Shown here in pieces: positions 31,946 through 43,300 of a stretch of DNA of 64,000 nt (positions are counted from its first letter, which is position 1; every line of letters begins with the position of its first letter). The DNA lies in the NCBI GenBank assembly GCA_963823665.1, contig CAWGMQ010000005.1, positions 1,088,001 through 1,152,000 on the forward strand, read 5' to 3'. This DNA comes from an uncultured Planctomycetota bacterium. GTDB lineage: Bacteria > Planctomycetota > Planctomycetia > Isosphaerales > Isosphaeraceae. Made by a program: the position numbers and the translations under genes. A model generated the notes under the pieces. It was given only the letters and a program-made list of their open reading frames with translations. It was not told the origin of the DNA and did not search any database.

Positions 31946-33155
31946 CGCGGAGTGAAAGCGCGTGAACCATCCGGACCGCCCCTGTGCCTAATAACATGAA
32001 ATTAGGCTTGGAGTCAGCGCTCGCGGCCGACATTCCCCTCGCGAAACCCGGCACATATGCGAAGATACCTCGGGACGAACACGCCGCACGTGGCGCTCGG
32101 CCGCGACGAATTCGCGCGGGACAGCCCGATTCATCGAATTGTCCTCTAATGCTCTGTCACAGCTAAAAACTCGGATCGGTCCTCGCGGGAACCATCCGGA
32201 AAACCACGACGATCTTAAGCTGGTGCACCCGAAAACTAAGCTCTTACAAAGCACTAATTTGTCCGCCAAGCCGCACTTTGGGATCTCAGTGGCAAGAGTT
32301 AGGCCAGTGGGAAGAAACGACGGTAGTGTTCGAACCACCTTCAGTGCTACGTGAGTCGTGTGTCAGTGAGCACCGTTAGCGGAGACAACTATGGGCATCA
32401 TGCGAATCATCCGCAATTCGACCTGGGACACGATCGAGGCCGCGAACAACTGGCTTATTCGGACGCGTGCGGGCGATCCGGCGATCTCGGCCCAGGAGCG
32501 TGCGGGGATTAACTTCTCCATCCTGCTCAACTCGAGTTGCTATGTCGAAGGAAATCTCGAGTGGCTGTTCATTCAGTTGCTAGAAGCGCACGCTGAACGA
32601 TTTCACTCGATCGAGAAGCCGCATTTCGAGACTCGTCGCTCGGTCAATAGGTTCTTTAAGCGCCTGGTGAAAGAGGTCGATGAACGGATTTGCCGCGCGA
32701 CGGGTCCGGACAACTATTGTGTGGCGTTTCAGTTGCTCGTCGGCGAGAGATTGAGCGATTGCGCACACGATCCCCAATCGTGGGAGGGGATTCGCGTCCT
32801 TTTCTATCTCAGGAATGTCATCGCACACGGCAGGATGGCTACCGCAAAGTACACGATGACGACCGGGACACAGGAAGAGCCCGAATGGGACGCAGAATTT
32901 AAGGGAGGATACGCGAGGGTGTGCGAATACCTCGAAAAGCGCGGTCTCGCAAGCCAAAAGTTCGGCTGTCACCGGGCGCTTCAAAACCAGCCAATTATGG
33001 GCGCTTATCGGTAGTTCAAAACCAGCCACCCCGTTCGGGTAGTTACATTGGTCAATTCAATACAGCTCTACGGTAATCACGACTGACTGAGAACTTGCTT
33101 TGCTTGGCCGAATCGGTCTTTGACTTTTCCGGCGGAGCCGAATTGGCTCCTCATT

Positions 33156-34079
33156 TTAACGCTTCGTTGTGGTCTTGCCTCCTCCCTTTCCGCTGGCGTT
33201 GGAGCCAGATGGCGCCTTGGCTGGTTTTGAATCTGGTGGGTTCTCTTCCGACCCGGAGGGCGCTTTGGCTGGTTTTGAATTCGAACCACCATGCTCAGAG
33301 CCGGAGGGCGCTTTGGCTGGTTTTGAATCTTCAAACCCGTTTCCGCCCGAAGCCGATTGGTGCCGCAGGCGGTAACTTCGGCCCTCCAATCGCACGAGCT
33401 CGGCATGATGCAGGAATCGATCCAAGATCGCCGTGGCACTCGGCACATCCCCGAGAAGCTTTCCCCAATCCTCGAGCGGACGGTTCGATGTCATCATCGT
33501 TGACCGTGTCTCATACCGCCGCATCACGACCTCGAAGAGACATTCACCGGAACGCCTCGGCAATTGCTTCATTCCCATGTCGTCGATGATCAACAACTCG
33601 GGCTTCAGGTACATCGTCAGCATCTTGTCCTCCTGCCCCAACACCTGATCATGCAGGAAGTCCCGGACCAGGTCGAAGACCGAGCGGTAAAGAACCGTGT
33701 AACCGGCCTTGACGGCTTGATACCCGATCGCTTGTACGAGATGGCTCTTTCCGAGGCCGGGCGGTCCCAGCCAGAGCACGTCGCGCCCTTCGCGGAGGAA
33801 CCGACAGCTCGCCAAGTCGTACACCTGCTTGCGGGGGATCGACGGGTTGAACGACCAGTCGAAGTCTTCCAACGACTTCCGCTCGCGAAACTCAGCCGCT
33901 TTGAACCGTCGCTGGAATTGGCGATCGGCTCGCACCGCCAGCTCGTCTTGAAGGATCAGCTCAAGGAACTCGCTGTGGCTGAGGCCGTGGCCAGCGGCCT
34001 CCTGTAGGCGAATCTCCAGGCTCTCCAAGAGTCCGGAGAGCCGTAGTTGCCTCAATACATTTCTCAGTGGTTCATTCAT
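33156..34079 (-). CDS. istB: IS21 helper ATPase IstB
   Basis: LEDFDWSFNP, GPPGLGKSHL, LLIIDDMG, TSNRPLEDW, ILDRFLHH, GRSYR. Confidence 0.95.
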   Translation of the reverse strand: MNEPLRNVLRQLRLSGLLESLEIRLQEAAGHGLSHSEFLELILQDELAVRADRQFQRRFKAAEFRERKSLEDFDWSFNPSIPRKQVYDLASCRFLREGRDVLWLGPPGLGKSHLVQAIGYQAVKAGYTVLYRSVFDLVRDFLHDQVLGQEDKMLTMYLKPELLIIDDMGMKQLPRRSGECLFEVVMRRYETRSTMMTSNRPLEDWGKLLGDVPSATAILDRFLHHAELVRLEGRSYRLRHQSASGGNGFEDSKPAKAPSGSEHGGSNSKPAKAPSGSEENPPDSKPAKAPSGSNASGKGGGKTTTKR

Positions 34080-34369
34080 GGAGAAAACTCCTGGTGTGGT
34101 GTGGAAAATGTCGTGCTCGATCTCGATCGCCGATCACAGAATCAAAATGTCATCTCCGTCCCTCCCGCCTTCGCCATCGCCTCGCCCTCACTTGAACTGG
34201 GCGAGGCGATGGCGAAGGTGGGAGGGAGCATCCCTCTTGCCGAGCCGGAGCTGAGCCCCGTCCCCTCTTTTTCGCCGGAAACTCGGTAGCCACTGCAACG
34301 TTGTTTGCACCGTGACCGGCGGAGGTCTGCCAAGTCGATTCAGGCACTCCCGCTCAAAGCAACTCTGAT

Positions 34370-35950
34370 TCATGAGTTGTTCCCCTCGTATCGAGATTGG
34401 AATGCGTCGCGGACAAACTGGCCATATTCACTCATTGGTCGGATCATAGGATGCTCGTTCATGAATGGCAGCAACTCTTGCTTGGGTCCCTGGCGCTTCA
34501 GGAGCGCACGGATTGTCCGGAGGCGATACTCGCCGTAACCGTGCGCAATTTCGCAAGCGTGATCGATTGCCGAGGCGAGATGCCGGCTGGAAAGGTTCAA
34601 AAGGCCGATCAACACTCGCACTCCCTCGACTCCGCGGGCTCGGATCATCGCCTCTGCCCAAGCGGTGCTCTTGGGTCCCAGCCGAGTGGTCACTCTGCGC
34701 AGAAGCCAGGCTGCCCCTTTCTCGACCCCGCTGATCTTATTGGGGTGAATCAGTTCAGGCGGTGTGCTGAAACGACCTGGTTCCTTCCTGAGATGCACGG
34801 CGATCTTCTCCATCCGATCGTTGTAGATCGACACCAGGCGGCTGTCCCAGCGCACCCAGACGTCCCGGTCCCGGTATTCCGGCGGCACCGCATAGTAGGC
34901 CCGCTTGACCTCAACATGGCCATCGCGGTGGACAGTGCGGCGGCCCTCGTGGAACGACGGGAATAGACCCAATGGCAACGGTACCAGTGCCTCGCGCTCG
35001 ACCTCGGCGAAATGCTTGCCGACCTGGCGACGGGTGGTGCCATGGATCCGGGTGTCAGCGACGGTCAGCTCCCAGTTCAGTAGGAAAGCATTCTGCTCCT
35101 CCAGGCTGGGGAATCGCCGTGCCTTGAGAGCGTTGCTCTGGACGTAGTCGACGCTTTTTTCGACCTTTCCCTTGTGCCGAGGTGTCCGGGGTCGCGTGGG
35201 CCAGAAGACAAAGCCGTAGTGCTCTCCGAAGGAGCGGACCTTGGGATTGAGCTCGGGATCAAACCAGTCGGCCTTCGTCACGGCGGCCTTCAGGTTATCC
35301 AGAACCAACCGTCTCGGTACGCCACCGAAGTGGCGAAAGGCACTTTCAATGCAGCGAAGGAATTCATCGGTGGTCTGGCGATAGACGGCCTCGGAGTAGG
35401 CCTTGCGAGAGTGGGACAGCACGATGCGGAAGACATGGGTTCTGCGGCGCTTGCCGTCGGTTGTGTAAACCGGAGCACCAGTGCCGAAGTCGACCTGGGC
35501 CTCCTCCCCTGGCTCACACTCAAGGCGCCGGAAGGGAAGCTCTTGTACCGGCTCGAGGCGGCGAACAAAGCGACGGACGGTGTAGTAGCTCCCCTGGAAG
35601 CCGTGTTCGGACGAGAGATCCTGGTAAATGCGTTGGGCGCTCAGGCCCTGGTTAAGCTTGGACTGAATGATGTCTCGCCAAGGCTCGCAATCGCTGAGTC
35701 GACCGCGAGCTTGGCTGCCGCGGTCGCTGGCCGAAGCGAGTGTCGGGACAGCCGCGCTTGCTGCAATTTCAGGGCCGCTCGAGCCGGAGGGCGCAATGGC
35801 TGGTTTTGGCGCCTCTCTGGCCTGCTTGAGGTAGCGAGCGACCGTCTCACGATTGATGTCCAGCTCGATGGCGATTTGGCGCTGGGACCATCCCCTGCGA
35901 TGCAGGGACAAGATAGCGTCTATCATGGCCACTTTGAGGCAATTCGACAT
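34370..35950 (-). CDS. istA: IS21 DDE transposase IstA
   Basis: N-terminal HTH, PGEEAQVDFG, HFGGVP..LVLDNLK, KGKVE, R.HGTT. Confidence 0.95.
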   Translation of the reverse strand: MSNCLKVAMIDAILSLHRRGWSQRQIAIELDINRETVARYLKQAREAPKPAIAPSGSSGPEIAASAAVPTLASASDRGSQARGRLSDCEPWRDIIQSKLNQGLSAQRIYQDLSSEHGFQGSYYTVRRFVRRLEPVQELPFRRLECEPGEEAQVDFGTGAPVYTTDGKRRRTHVFRIVLSHSRKAYSEAVYRQTTDEFLRCIESAFRHFGGVPRRLVLDNLKAAVTKADWFDPELNPKVRSFGEHYGFVFWPTRPRTPRHKGKVEKSVDYVQSNALKARRFPSLEEQNAFLLNWELTVADTRIHGTTRRQVGKHFAEVEREALVPLPLGLFPSFHEGRRTVHRDGHVEVKRAYYAVPPEYRDRDVWVRWDSRLVSIYNDRMEKIAVHLRKEPGRFSTPPELIHPNKISGVEKGAAWLLRRVTTRLGPKSTAWAEAMIRARGVEGVRVLIGLLNLSSRHLASAIDHACEIAHGYGEYRLRTIRALLKRQGPKQELLPFMNEHPMIRPMSEYGQFVRDAFQSRYEGNNS

Positions 35951-36365
35951 GGTGCGGCTCCAGGAAAGGGGTCTCCCGAAAGCCTACATGTCGAATCCGC
36001 GTCTCCTCATTAGTGGCTGGTTTTGAAGCGCCCCATGGTGGCTGGTTTTGAGCGCCCGCTGTCAGTTCGGCGACGTCGACCTCGAAACGTTGGTATTCTC
36101 CGATCGCGTGGCCGATCACTTTTGGGACCTGGCGCAAGCCTTCACTCAAAGCGCCACGAACAAGGTCCAAGTTGAGCTCACCAAAGGATTCCCCGCGCAC
36201 CCCGCGGAAACCTAACCGCTGAAGCAACCTTATACGCGTATCGCCACCGGCGCAAGATCACACGGATTCTGCGATGCGTGTCTGGTATTTCCGGCCCTTG
36301 ACCAAGGCGCGGTATTCCGCCTGGGCGTCGATGCCGCGGAAGCAATTCCGGCGCGTTGAGATTCA

Positions 36366-37431
36366 TCATTTCGATGGCGAAGGGATCCGCTGGCTGGTCT
36401 CCGACTGGGCCGACATTCCCGATAACCGGACGACCACCGCGAGCAAAAGGTACACTGAGATGAGGACCAAGCGGACCTCATCCACCGACACGTCTGCATG
36501 AACTCCCTTGCAAGCCTTTTCGTACAGAGCATCCAGTCTCGACGCGATCGCCTCGATCTCCGCTTGTGCCATAGCGGCGGTGGTATTGCTCTGAACCTTC
36601 TGATCGAAAAATGCTAGTAAGCGGTTCTTGTACTCTTCCGTCCCAACCTTGCGGGACCGCCCTCTTGAATCGATGAACGGCCCGTTCTGCGCAGGAAACA
36701 CTGCGTCGGCCACGGTCTGAAAAAGTCGACGGCAGGAGGTAAGCGCATGCGTGAGTGCTTCAGGATCACCGGATTCGAACCGCTCGAATGCCACCGCCAT
36801 CTGATCTGCCGCCTTGGGGGCGGATGCGCACAAAGTTGTCGATGCGTTCCCGCGCTTTTTCGAACAGGGTCTGTGCAGCGTCGCTCAGCGATAGTGCGTG
36901 ATGGCAGTCTGTCGCGTAGTTATGGAGGGCGGATTTCAGCCCGTTAAACATTGAGGCATTCTGTGAATTCGTGTTTCGAGCAGCACTGACCGCTCGGTCG
37001 TAAGCCATCGTCACCCCACTTATCGCACTGGCCATCCAGGTCGCCGTTTCTTCATTTGGATTACTGCTCGACACACTTGGCGCGATGTGTGCGGGAAATT
37101 GCAGCCCCTTGAGGACAAGCTTGCTTGCTTCGAGGTCCGCTTCGAACTCAGGAAGACTACTGTAATAATACTTATTGTCGTGCGTGAGTCGACCGCCTTG
37201 ACGCGCGTACCGCACGCATGTTCCGAGAGTTGCGAAGGCGAACTTCGGAGGATAGCCGCGTGCTTCGAGATCCAGCCAAGTGATGGCGTCTTGGTCGCGC
37301 ATTAAACGGGCAAGCCGTTTTGCCTTGAGCAGCGAGTTCATGATGGGCCCCGAACCGAGCTCGAGCTCGTCCAGTAGCGCCTCCGCCGTTTTGCGAGCAT
37401 CCTTGAGCCTCTGACCGTCGAGCTTCACCAT
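36366..37431 (-). pseudogene. AbiTii-like domain protein split by a frameshift near 36826
   Basis: N part LLKAKRLARL...WLDLEARGY (AbiTii pattern); C part ALTSCRRLFQTVADAVFP...YKNRL..F...KGVH in another frame, joinable at ...DNFVR/ASAPKA. Confidence 0.65.
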
Positions 37432-38200
37432 CGAGTAAGCTTCCTGATGTTCGGCAAACGGGCCCCCGAGTATCCCCATGATAACAGAGAAGCCGGCGCA
37501 GCGAGCCCGGGCCGCGCCCGGCCCTTCCTTCAGTCGGGGCGTCTCCTTGGGAGCGTCCTCAGTGGAGGGTCGCTGCGTGGTCTCGTTGTCGAGCTTCTCT
37601 CAGCGTCCGCTCGTGAACTGGCGCCGCCTCGCCGCCGAGCATTCGCCTCTGCTGAAGGAAGCGCGAGTAGAATGGGCATCCGCCGACGGGGCTAGCGACC
37701 ACTGCATCGTATGCGTCCGACATCTCCAGTAGATGGCGCAGACGGTCGATTGGTTGGCGAAGCCGGCGAGTCGTGCGTTGCCGGCTCAAGGCGTTCTACG
37801 TCGAACGCCGGCGCCGTGCCTATCCCTTGTCACGTCGCTGCGCTTTCTCGCGCGACTTCGAGTGTACGATTCAGGACGTGTTCGGTGTGTGCCAGCCACT
37901 ATCAGTCCGGTAGCAAGCCGACCAATAACTCCAGGCTCGCGTCGACCGAGAGCTGCAAGATTACGTCGTGCAGGTAGGCCCAAGCCACAAGTCGGCGCCG
38001 CCTCGCTCCGGCCGCCTGTAGAACCCGGCCCTCGGTCGCCAACGAAGAGATTCCAACGATCGCCAACTTGGTACAATCATTCCAGCCTGCTCGCGCTACT
38101 TAATCCATCTTGCCCCTGGCGACATCTCCTGGCCAGCATGCTACGTCCTCGCTTCAAGAGGAATGAGATTCGCCAACCCTTTTACAGCCACTCTACCTAC

Positions 38201-39735
38201 ATGCATATCAATACAGCTGAAGAATCCGTCAAGCGACAGGACGCAGAAACGCTGCGAAGAATGGGTTATGCCCAGGAACTGCTCCGGGCAATGCGCGGAT
38301 TCTCCAACTATGCGATCTCCCTGTCGATCATTTGCATCGTCGGGGTCTTTGCATCTTTCCATATCGGCTTTTGCGCCGTAGGGGGCGCCGCTGTCGGGAT
38401 CGGCTGGCCGATCGTTTTATTGTTCGTGCTAGCCGTCGCGGCGACCATGGCGCAAATCGCATCGGCCTTTCCGACTGCCGGTGGTTTATACCATTGGGCA
38501 TCGATCCTGGGGGGAAGAAGTTGGGGCTGGGTGACGGCTTGGTTCAACTTGCTCGGCTTGGTTACCGTGCTGGCGGCCATCAATGTGGGGACGTTTCTAC
38601 TTTGGTCCAAGTCGATCGGTACTGTATTCGGCCTGGACATCGGTGCCGCCGACGCAACGACGAGGGACGTCATGCAGATTGTCGGTGTCGTACTGATCAC
38701 AACCAGTCAGGCATTCTTCAATCATCTGGGCATTCGGGCAACGACCGTACTGACCGACTTCAGTGGCTACTGGATCCTGGCGGTCGCCGTCGCGATCACG
38801 TGCTCCCTACTCGCCTTTGCACCCGGATGGGATCCCGTGCGACTGATCACGGTCTCGAACTACAGCGGGCGATCCGGCCACGACGTCTGGCCGTGGACGG
38901 AGAACCGTCTGTGGCTGTCCGCATTGGGTTTCCTCCTCCCGGCGTACAACCTAACTGGTTTCGACGGGTCGGCGCACACCTCCGAGGAAACGATCGGCGC
39001 ATCCATCAACGTGCCCAAGGGCATCGTTCGTTCCGTTCTCGTATCGGGGCTGGTCGGCTGGATCATGCTCTCGGCTCTGGTATTGGCAATCCCGGACATG
39101 GACCGCGCCGCCGCGCTGGGAGACACGGTCTTCTACAGGGTCATCGAGGAAGTGCTGCCTCGCCCGCTCGCCGCAGCCATGTTCGTGGGAATTGCGACCG
39201 CCGTCTACCTGTGCGGGCTGGCCACCGTGACGTCGGCCTCTCGCATGGTATATGCGTTCGCCCGCGATGGAGGGTTGCCGTTCGCTGCACGCCTGCGGCG
39301 CATCCATCCCACACTCCGCAGTCCGGTCGCCGCGATATGGACCGTGTCGCTGTCTTCCATCCTCTTCACGGTCTATACGCCGGTCTATTCCACCATTATC
39401 AGCGTTTCTACGATTTTTCTGTACGTGTCTTACATCGTCCCGACGGCGCTGGGGGCCGTGGCGTTCCGCCGGACGTGGACTCGGATGGGACCATTCGACC
39501 TCGGCAGATTCTTTCGCCCCCTGGCCGTATTTTGCGTTCTGGGGTGCTCGATCCTAATTGTCATCGGGACGGCGCCCCGAACGAAAAGTCGGTCTGGCTC
39601 CTCTGTGCGACCGTGGTGATTCTATTCGCGTGCTGGTTTGGGTTCGAACGGAATCGCTTCTGCGGCCCGCCGAAGGTCGACCTGGCGGAGATCCAGCGGG
39701 AGACGCCAGGAGACGCGGCGCACCGCCGCGCGTAA
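38201..39735 (+). CDS. APC-family amino acid permease, frameshift near the 3' end (C run 39575-39578)
   Basis: L..MGYAQEL.R.M.GFSN, SAFPTAGGLYHW, GFDGSAHTSEET, SRMVYAFARDGGLP; the natural tail PNEKSVW...WFGFERNRF.GPP lies in another frame. Confidence 0.85.
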
Positions 39736-39769
39736 TCCGCCATACCCCACGCCCGCCCGAGGCTTCTCG

Positions 39770-40171
39770 TCAGCTGCGAAATGCGGCGAACATCGGGGTG
39801 GTGTCGAAGTACTCCCGGAAACGGACGACCTTGCCATCCCGGAAGTGGTAGACGTGGGCCCAATTCATTTCGAAGTGACGGCCCGTCGACTTCACGGAGA
39901 CGCGATCCCACCCCAGGACCACGACCGCGTCTTCGCCGACGATAAACTCGTGGATCTCGAATTCCTCAATCTGGGCGGCATCAGCGAATTTGCGGAAGTA
40001 ATCCGCCAACTCGCCACGGCCGCGGTACCGCCCCGAATAGGGGATCTCGGGGGGGATGAAGAGCTGCCAATCGATGTCTTCCGCACAAGCGGCGATCACA
40101 AACTGGAGGTCGCCGCGCGAAAAAGCGTCGTAAATGCTCTGCGTATTCTCGAGGTTCGACCGATTCTGCAT
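39770..40171 (-). CDS. NTF2/SnoaL-like protein
   Basis: YDAFSRGDL...DIDW..P..IPYSG.YRG...TGRHF...WAHVY.FRDGKV..FREY.DT. Confidence 0.88.
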   Translation of the reverse strand: MQNRSNLENTQSIYDAFSRGDLQFVIAACAEDIDWQLFIPPEIPYSGRYRGRGELADYFRKFADAAQIEEFEIHEFIVGEDAVVVLGWDRVSVKSTGRHFEMNWAHVYHFRDGKVVRFREYFDTTPMFAAFRS

Positions 40172-40355
40172 GGAATTCCTCCGCGCTCGGCGTCGGGCCA
40201 CGCCGCGAACTGGGCGACTTCACCGATTTCTAACAGAGGCGGGCCGCAATGTCAAAATTTTTACCATCGCAGTAATATTGCCCCATGATATTGAGTGGAT
40301 ATTATTACTTATTTGGCAAGATAGGTATTCGGACAAATCCGGGGAATCGACAATG

Positions 40356-43300
40356 CTACAGGGGATCGAGTCGTCTGGCGGGGCGGACGCCCAAGTCGAT
40401 GATCCGAGAGCCCGGCGGCCCGCTCAGGCGGTTCGCCGACCGAGCGGATGAGGCCGTGTTCAAGAAACTTCCACCGCGCTGGGCCCGTAGGCGACGGCTG
40501 CTGACGTTTCGTTCGCCATCAGCCTCCTGGACCGGTGATTCGTATCCACCGAACGAGTCCTTACACCATTCCCAGACGCCGCCGACGAGGTCGTGTAAGC
40601 CAAAGGGGTTCGCCATCGATCGGCCGACCGGTGAGTGCGTGATCTCCGATAGTTTACCCGCTCCGTCCAAGGAGCCTTCATCATCCCCACTCCACCACAC
40701 CGTGCTCGTTCCGCCCCGGGCCGCGTACTCCCATTGAGCTTCCGTCGGGAGGGCCAAACCAAGGCGCCTGAGTACGCGGTCGCACATAAACCAACTCAGA
40801 TTCTCCACGGGGTGCAACAGAGAGACCGGGTTCGACCAATTCCCGTGGGACGGCCGTGAAATGCTCGGGTTCCTGCCGGTGATCCGCCGCCACTGCCCTT
40901 GGGTCATCGGATACTTGGAAATGAAGAAGGCGTCCAGCGAGACAGCATGCACGGGAGATTCGTTCGGTTGTGCGCGAGGGTCCACATTCGGTGAACCGAG
41001 GGCGAAGTCGTCCTGCGGGGGTATCGCCCCCATCCTGAAGGTGCCAGCGGGGATAAGGACGAAGATCACGGCCGTTGACTCGGTGAGGATGAGCCTCTGC
41101 CCGGCGTGGCGTCGCGGCACCTTGCCTGAACGGAGGAAGGCAAACTCCGACAATCCGGACTCCGAATCCCTGCCGACCGGGACCAAACCGAGTTGAGGTC
41201 TCATGCGGAGCCCCCCATACAGCGGGGAGATGGTTGGATCGGAGATGCACACGATCGCATCATCCCATTCTTGCCGATAGTTCTCGATCGTCCTCAAGTA
41301 GACCTGGGACGCATGATGGAGCCTAGACTCGACATTCTCAATGGAGTCCTCGTGATGCTCGTCATCAGTAAGAGCAGAAAGCCGACGGACTGTTTCGAGC
41401 AGCACGCGGTGGTGATGCCTGTCCTCTTCCTCAAGGAAGGACCGTGGGCGGGCCTCTTCGATCATAAGCTGGAGGCGATTGATGACCCCATCGAGACTTG
41501 CTCTCCGTTTGTGCATCGATTCGAGAGAGAGACTACTGGCATCACCGACCCCATCAGCTGCAATGCCGGCGATTCTGTCATCGAGGCGCTGACGCCTCCT
41601 CACTAACGTTGCCAGTTTCTTCAAGAGCGGCGGATCGTCCGCCTCCGTAACCGACGGAAGGGCAATCGCCGGCTCGGCGCGCCGGCGGAAGTCGTTGAGC
41701 TTATTCCGATATTCGTCAAGCCTGGCAGCTATGCTCCGAGCCGTAGCCAGCCACTTCTCAAGCTCGGATATTCGGTCCGGGGTGGAAGGCCACATCTGCT
41801 TCGATTCTTCGACCAATGTTCTCAAGTCGCCCAGGAATCGGACGTCCATGAGCCGGCGTTCTTTCTCCAGCAGTTCGCCCTCGCGCCGCGATTCCAATTC
41901 CATCGCTCGCGAGAGGAATTCCTTCGCCCACTCGCTGGGCTCGTAGGCATTCCTGAAATAAGCGAGCTGCCCGCCTCGCGGCAGACCGCCTTCCGATCGG
42001 CCCGCGGCGCACCAAGCCTTCGCTGCATTGTCCAATTCATCTCGAATCTGTAATCTTGTCCTGTTTTCATCGATCCATTTTCTCAATCGCCCCCAATTCT
42101 GAATCACGGCCTCATGAGCCACTTCGACGGTCTTGCTGTGGGTCTCCGAGTCGTAGTCGACGACCAGGAGTCGTGCTTTCGGATTGGAAAGGGCTTCGAC
42201 GAGCCCGCTCACCCCCGATTCGTCGGAGCGACCCAGCGTGACCCGCCGTCGGCTGTCTTGACTCCCTTCGTCCGGTCGGCCGGGGCGTACCAAGCTGATA
42301 AAGAGACTACGCGCCATCTCTTGCTCGGCCGGGCTGAGCGTCTCGAATTCCTCGTCCACCCGCTGAGCGATGGCCCCGGATAACCCCCCGATTGCCCGGT
42401 ACGCTTCGTGCGTCAGTTGATCGCCGGATCGATGATTCCAGAGCAACTCCAGGGCGAATTCGAGGAGCGGAAGATTTCCCGGGGCGTTCCCGACGTCGTC
42501 CAGAATGCGGTCGACCAGACCGCTTTCAAAAGTCACCTCGCATCGCTTGGCGGGATCTTCGATAACGCTCCTGAGCTCCTCGCGCAACATCGGCGGTAAG
42601 TTGAGGGCGCTCCCCTGCAGCAAATCGGAGAACGTTCGATGGGTCAGGGCCTGTCCGTAGAAGTCGGCGCACAACGTGATTGCGAGGATACAGTCGGGGC
42701 TCAACCGGCGAGCTCGTCCGTCGACGACGCGCAACAGCGAGTCCAGGAAAAGGTTCCGGATCTCGACGTCGGGGCACAGCGAATACAGCTCCTCGAATTG
42801 GTCGGCGAACAGGAAGAAGCCGCGTTTGTCGGAACGCGATCGAATCATTTCATTGATATACCCGTCAACGGTTATGTTTTCGCTCATCAGTTCTCTGGCC
42901 AATGCGGAACTTTCTCGAAGGCGCTCTCGAATTCCCAGCCTCGGATCGGACGCCGAAACCAGGGCGGCGGACAGCGATCCGAAGGGGTCATTGCCGGGCC
43001 GGAAATGTGCGATTAACCGGTTTTCTTTCGTGCGGAGGTGACGCACCAGCCCCGCGAACATCAGTGAAGACTTACCACTACCTGACGGTCCGATCACCGC
43101 AACGAAGGGCTTGTGGCTCATTCTCACCAGCTGTTGCACGTATCGCTGCCGACCGCAGAAGCACTCCCAATCTTCTTCGCGGAAGGCGAGCAGTCCCCGA
43201 TAAGGGCACTCCGGGGCGACGATCGGAATATCACTTGCGTATGGCGTGACCGACGATTGATGTCGAGGCGCGGACGATTGTGCACGCCGGTTTATGGGCA

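Larger units (their letters stand above)
32967..36064 (-). mobile_element. IS21-family insertion sequence, 3098 bp
   Basis: Terminal IRs TGTCACCGGGCGCTTCAAAACCAGCCA / TGACAGCGGGCGCTCAAAACCAGCCA; 7-bp target duplication GTTCGGC (32960-66, 36065-71); carries istA and istB. Confidence 0.95.
32391..36215 (+). pseudogene. HEPN-motif (RNxxxH) protein gene interrupted by IS21 (32391-32966 + 36072-36215)
   Basis: FYLRNVIAHG motif; removing the IS and one target copy restores ...SQKFG-DVDLETLVFSDRVADHFWDLAQAF...AET* in frame. Confidence 0.7.
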
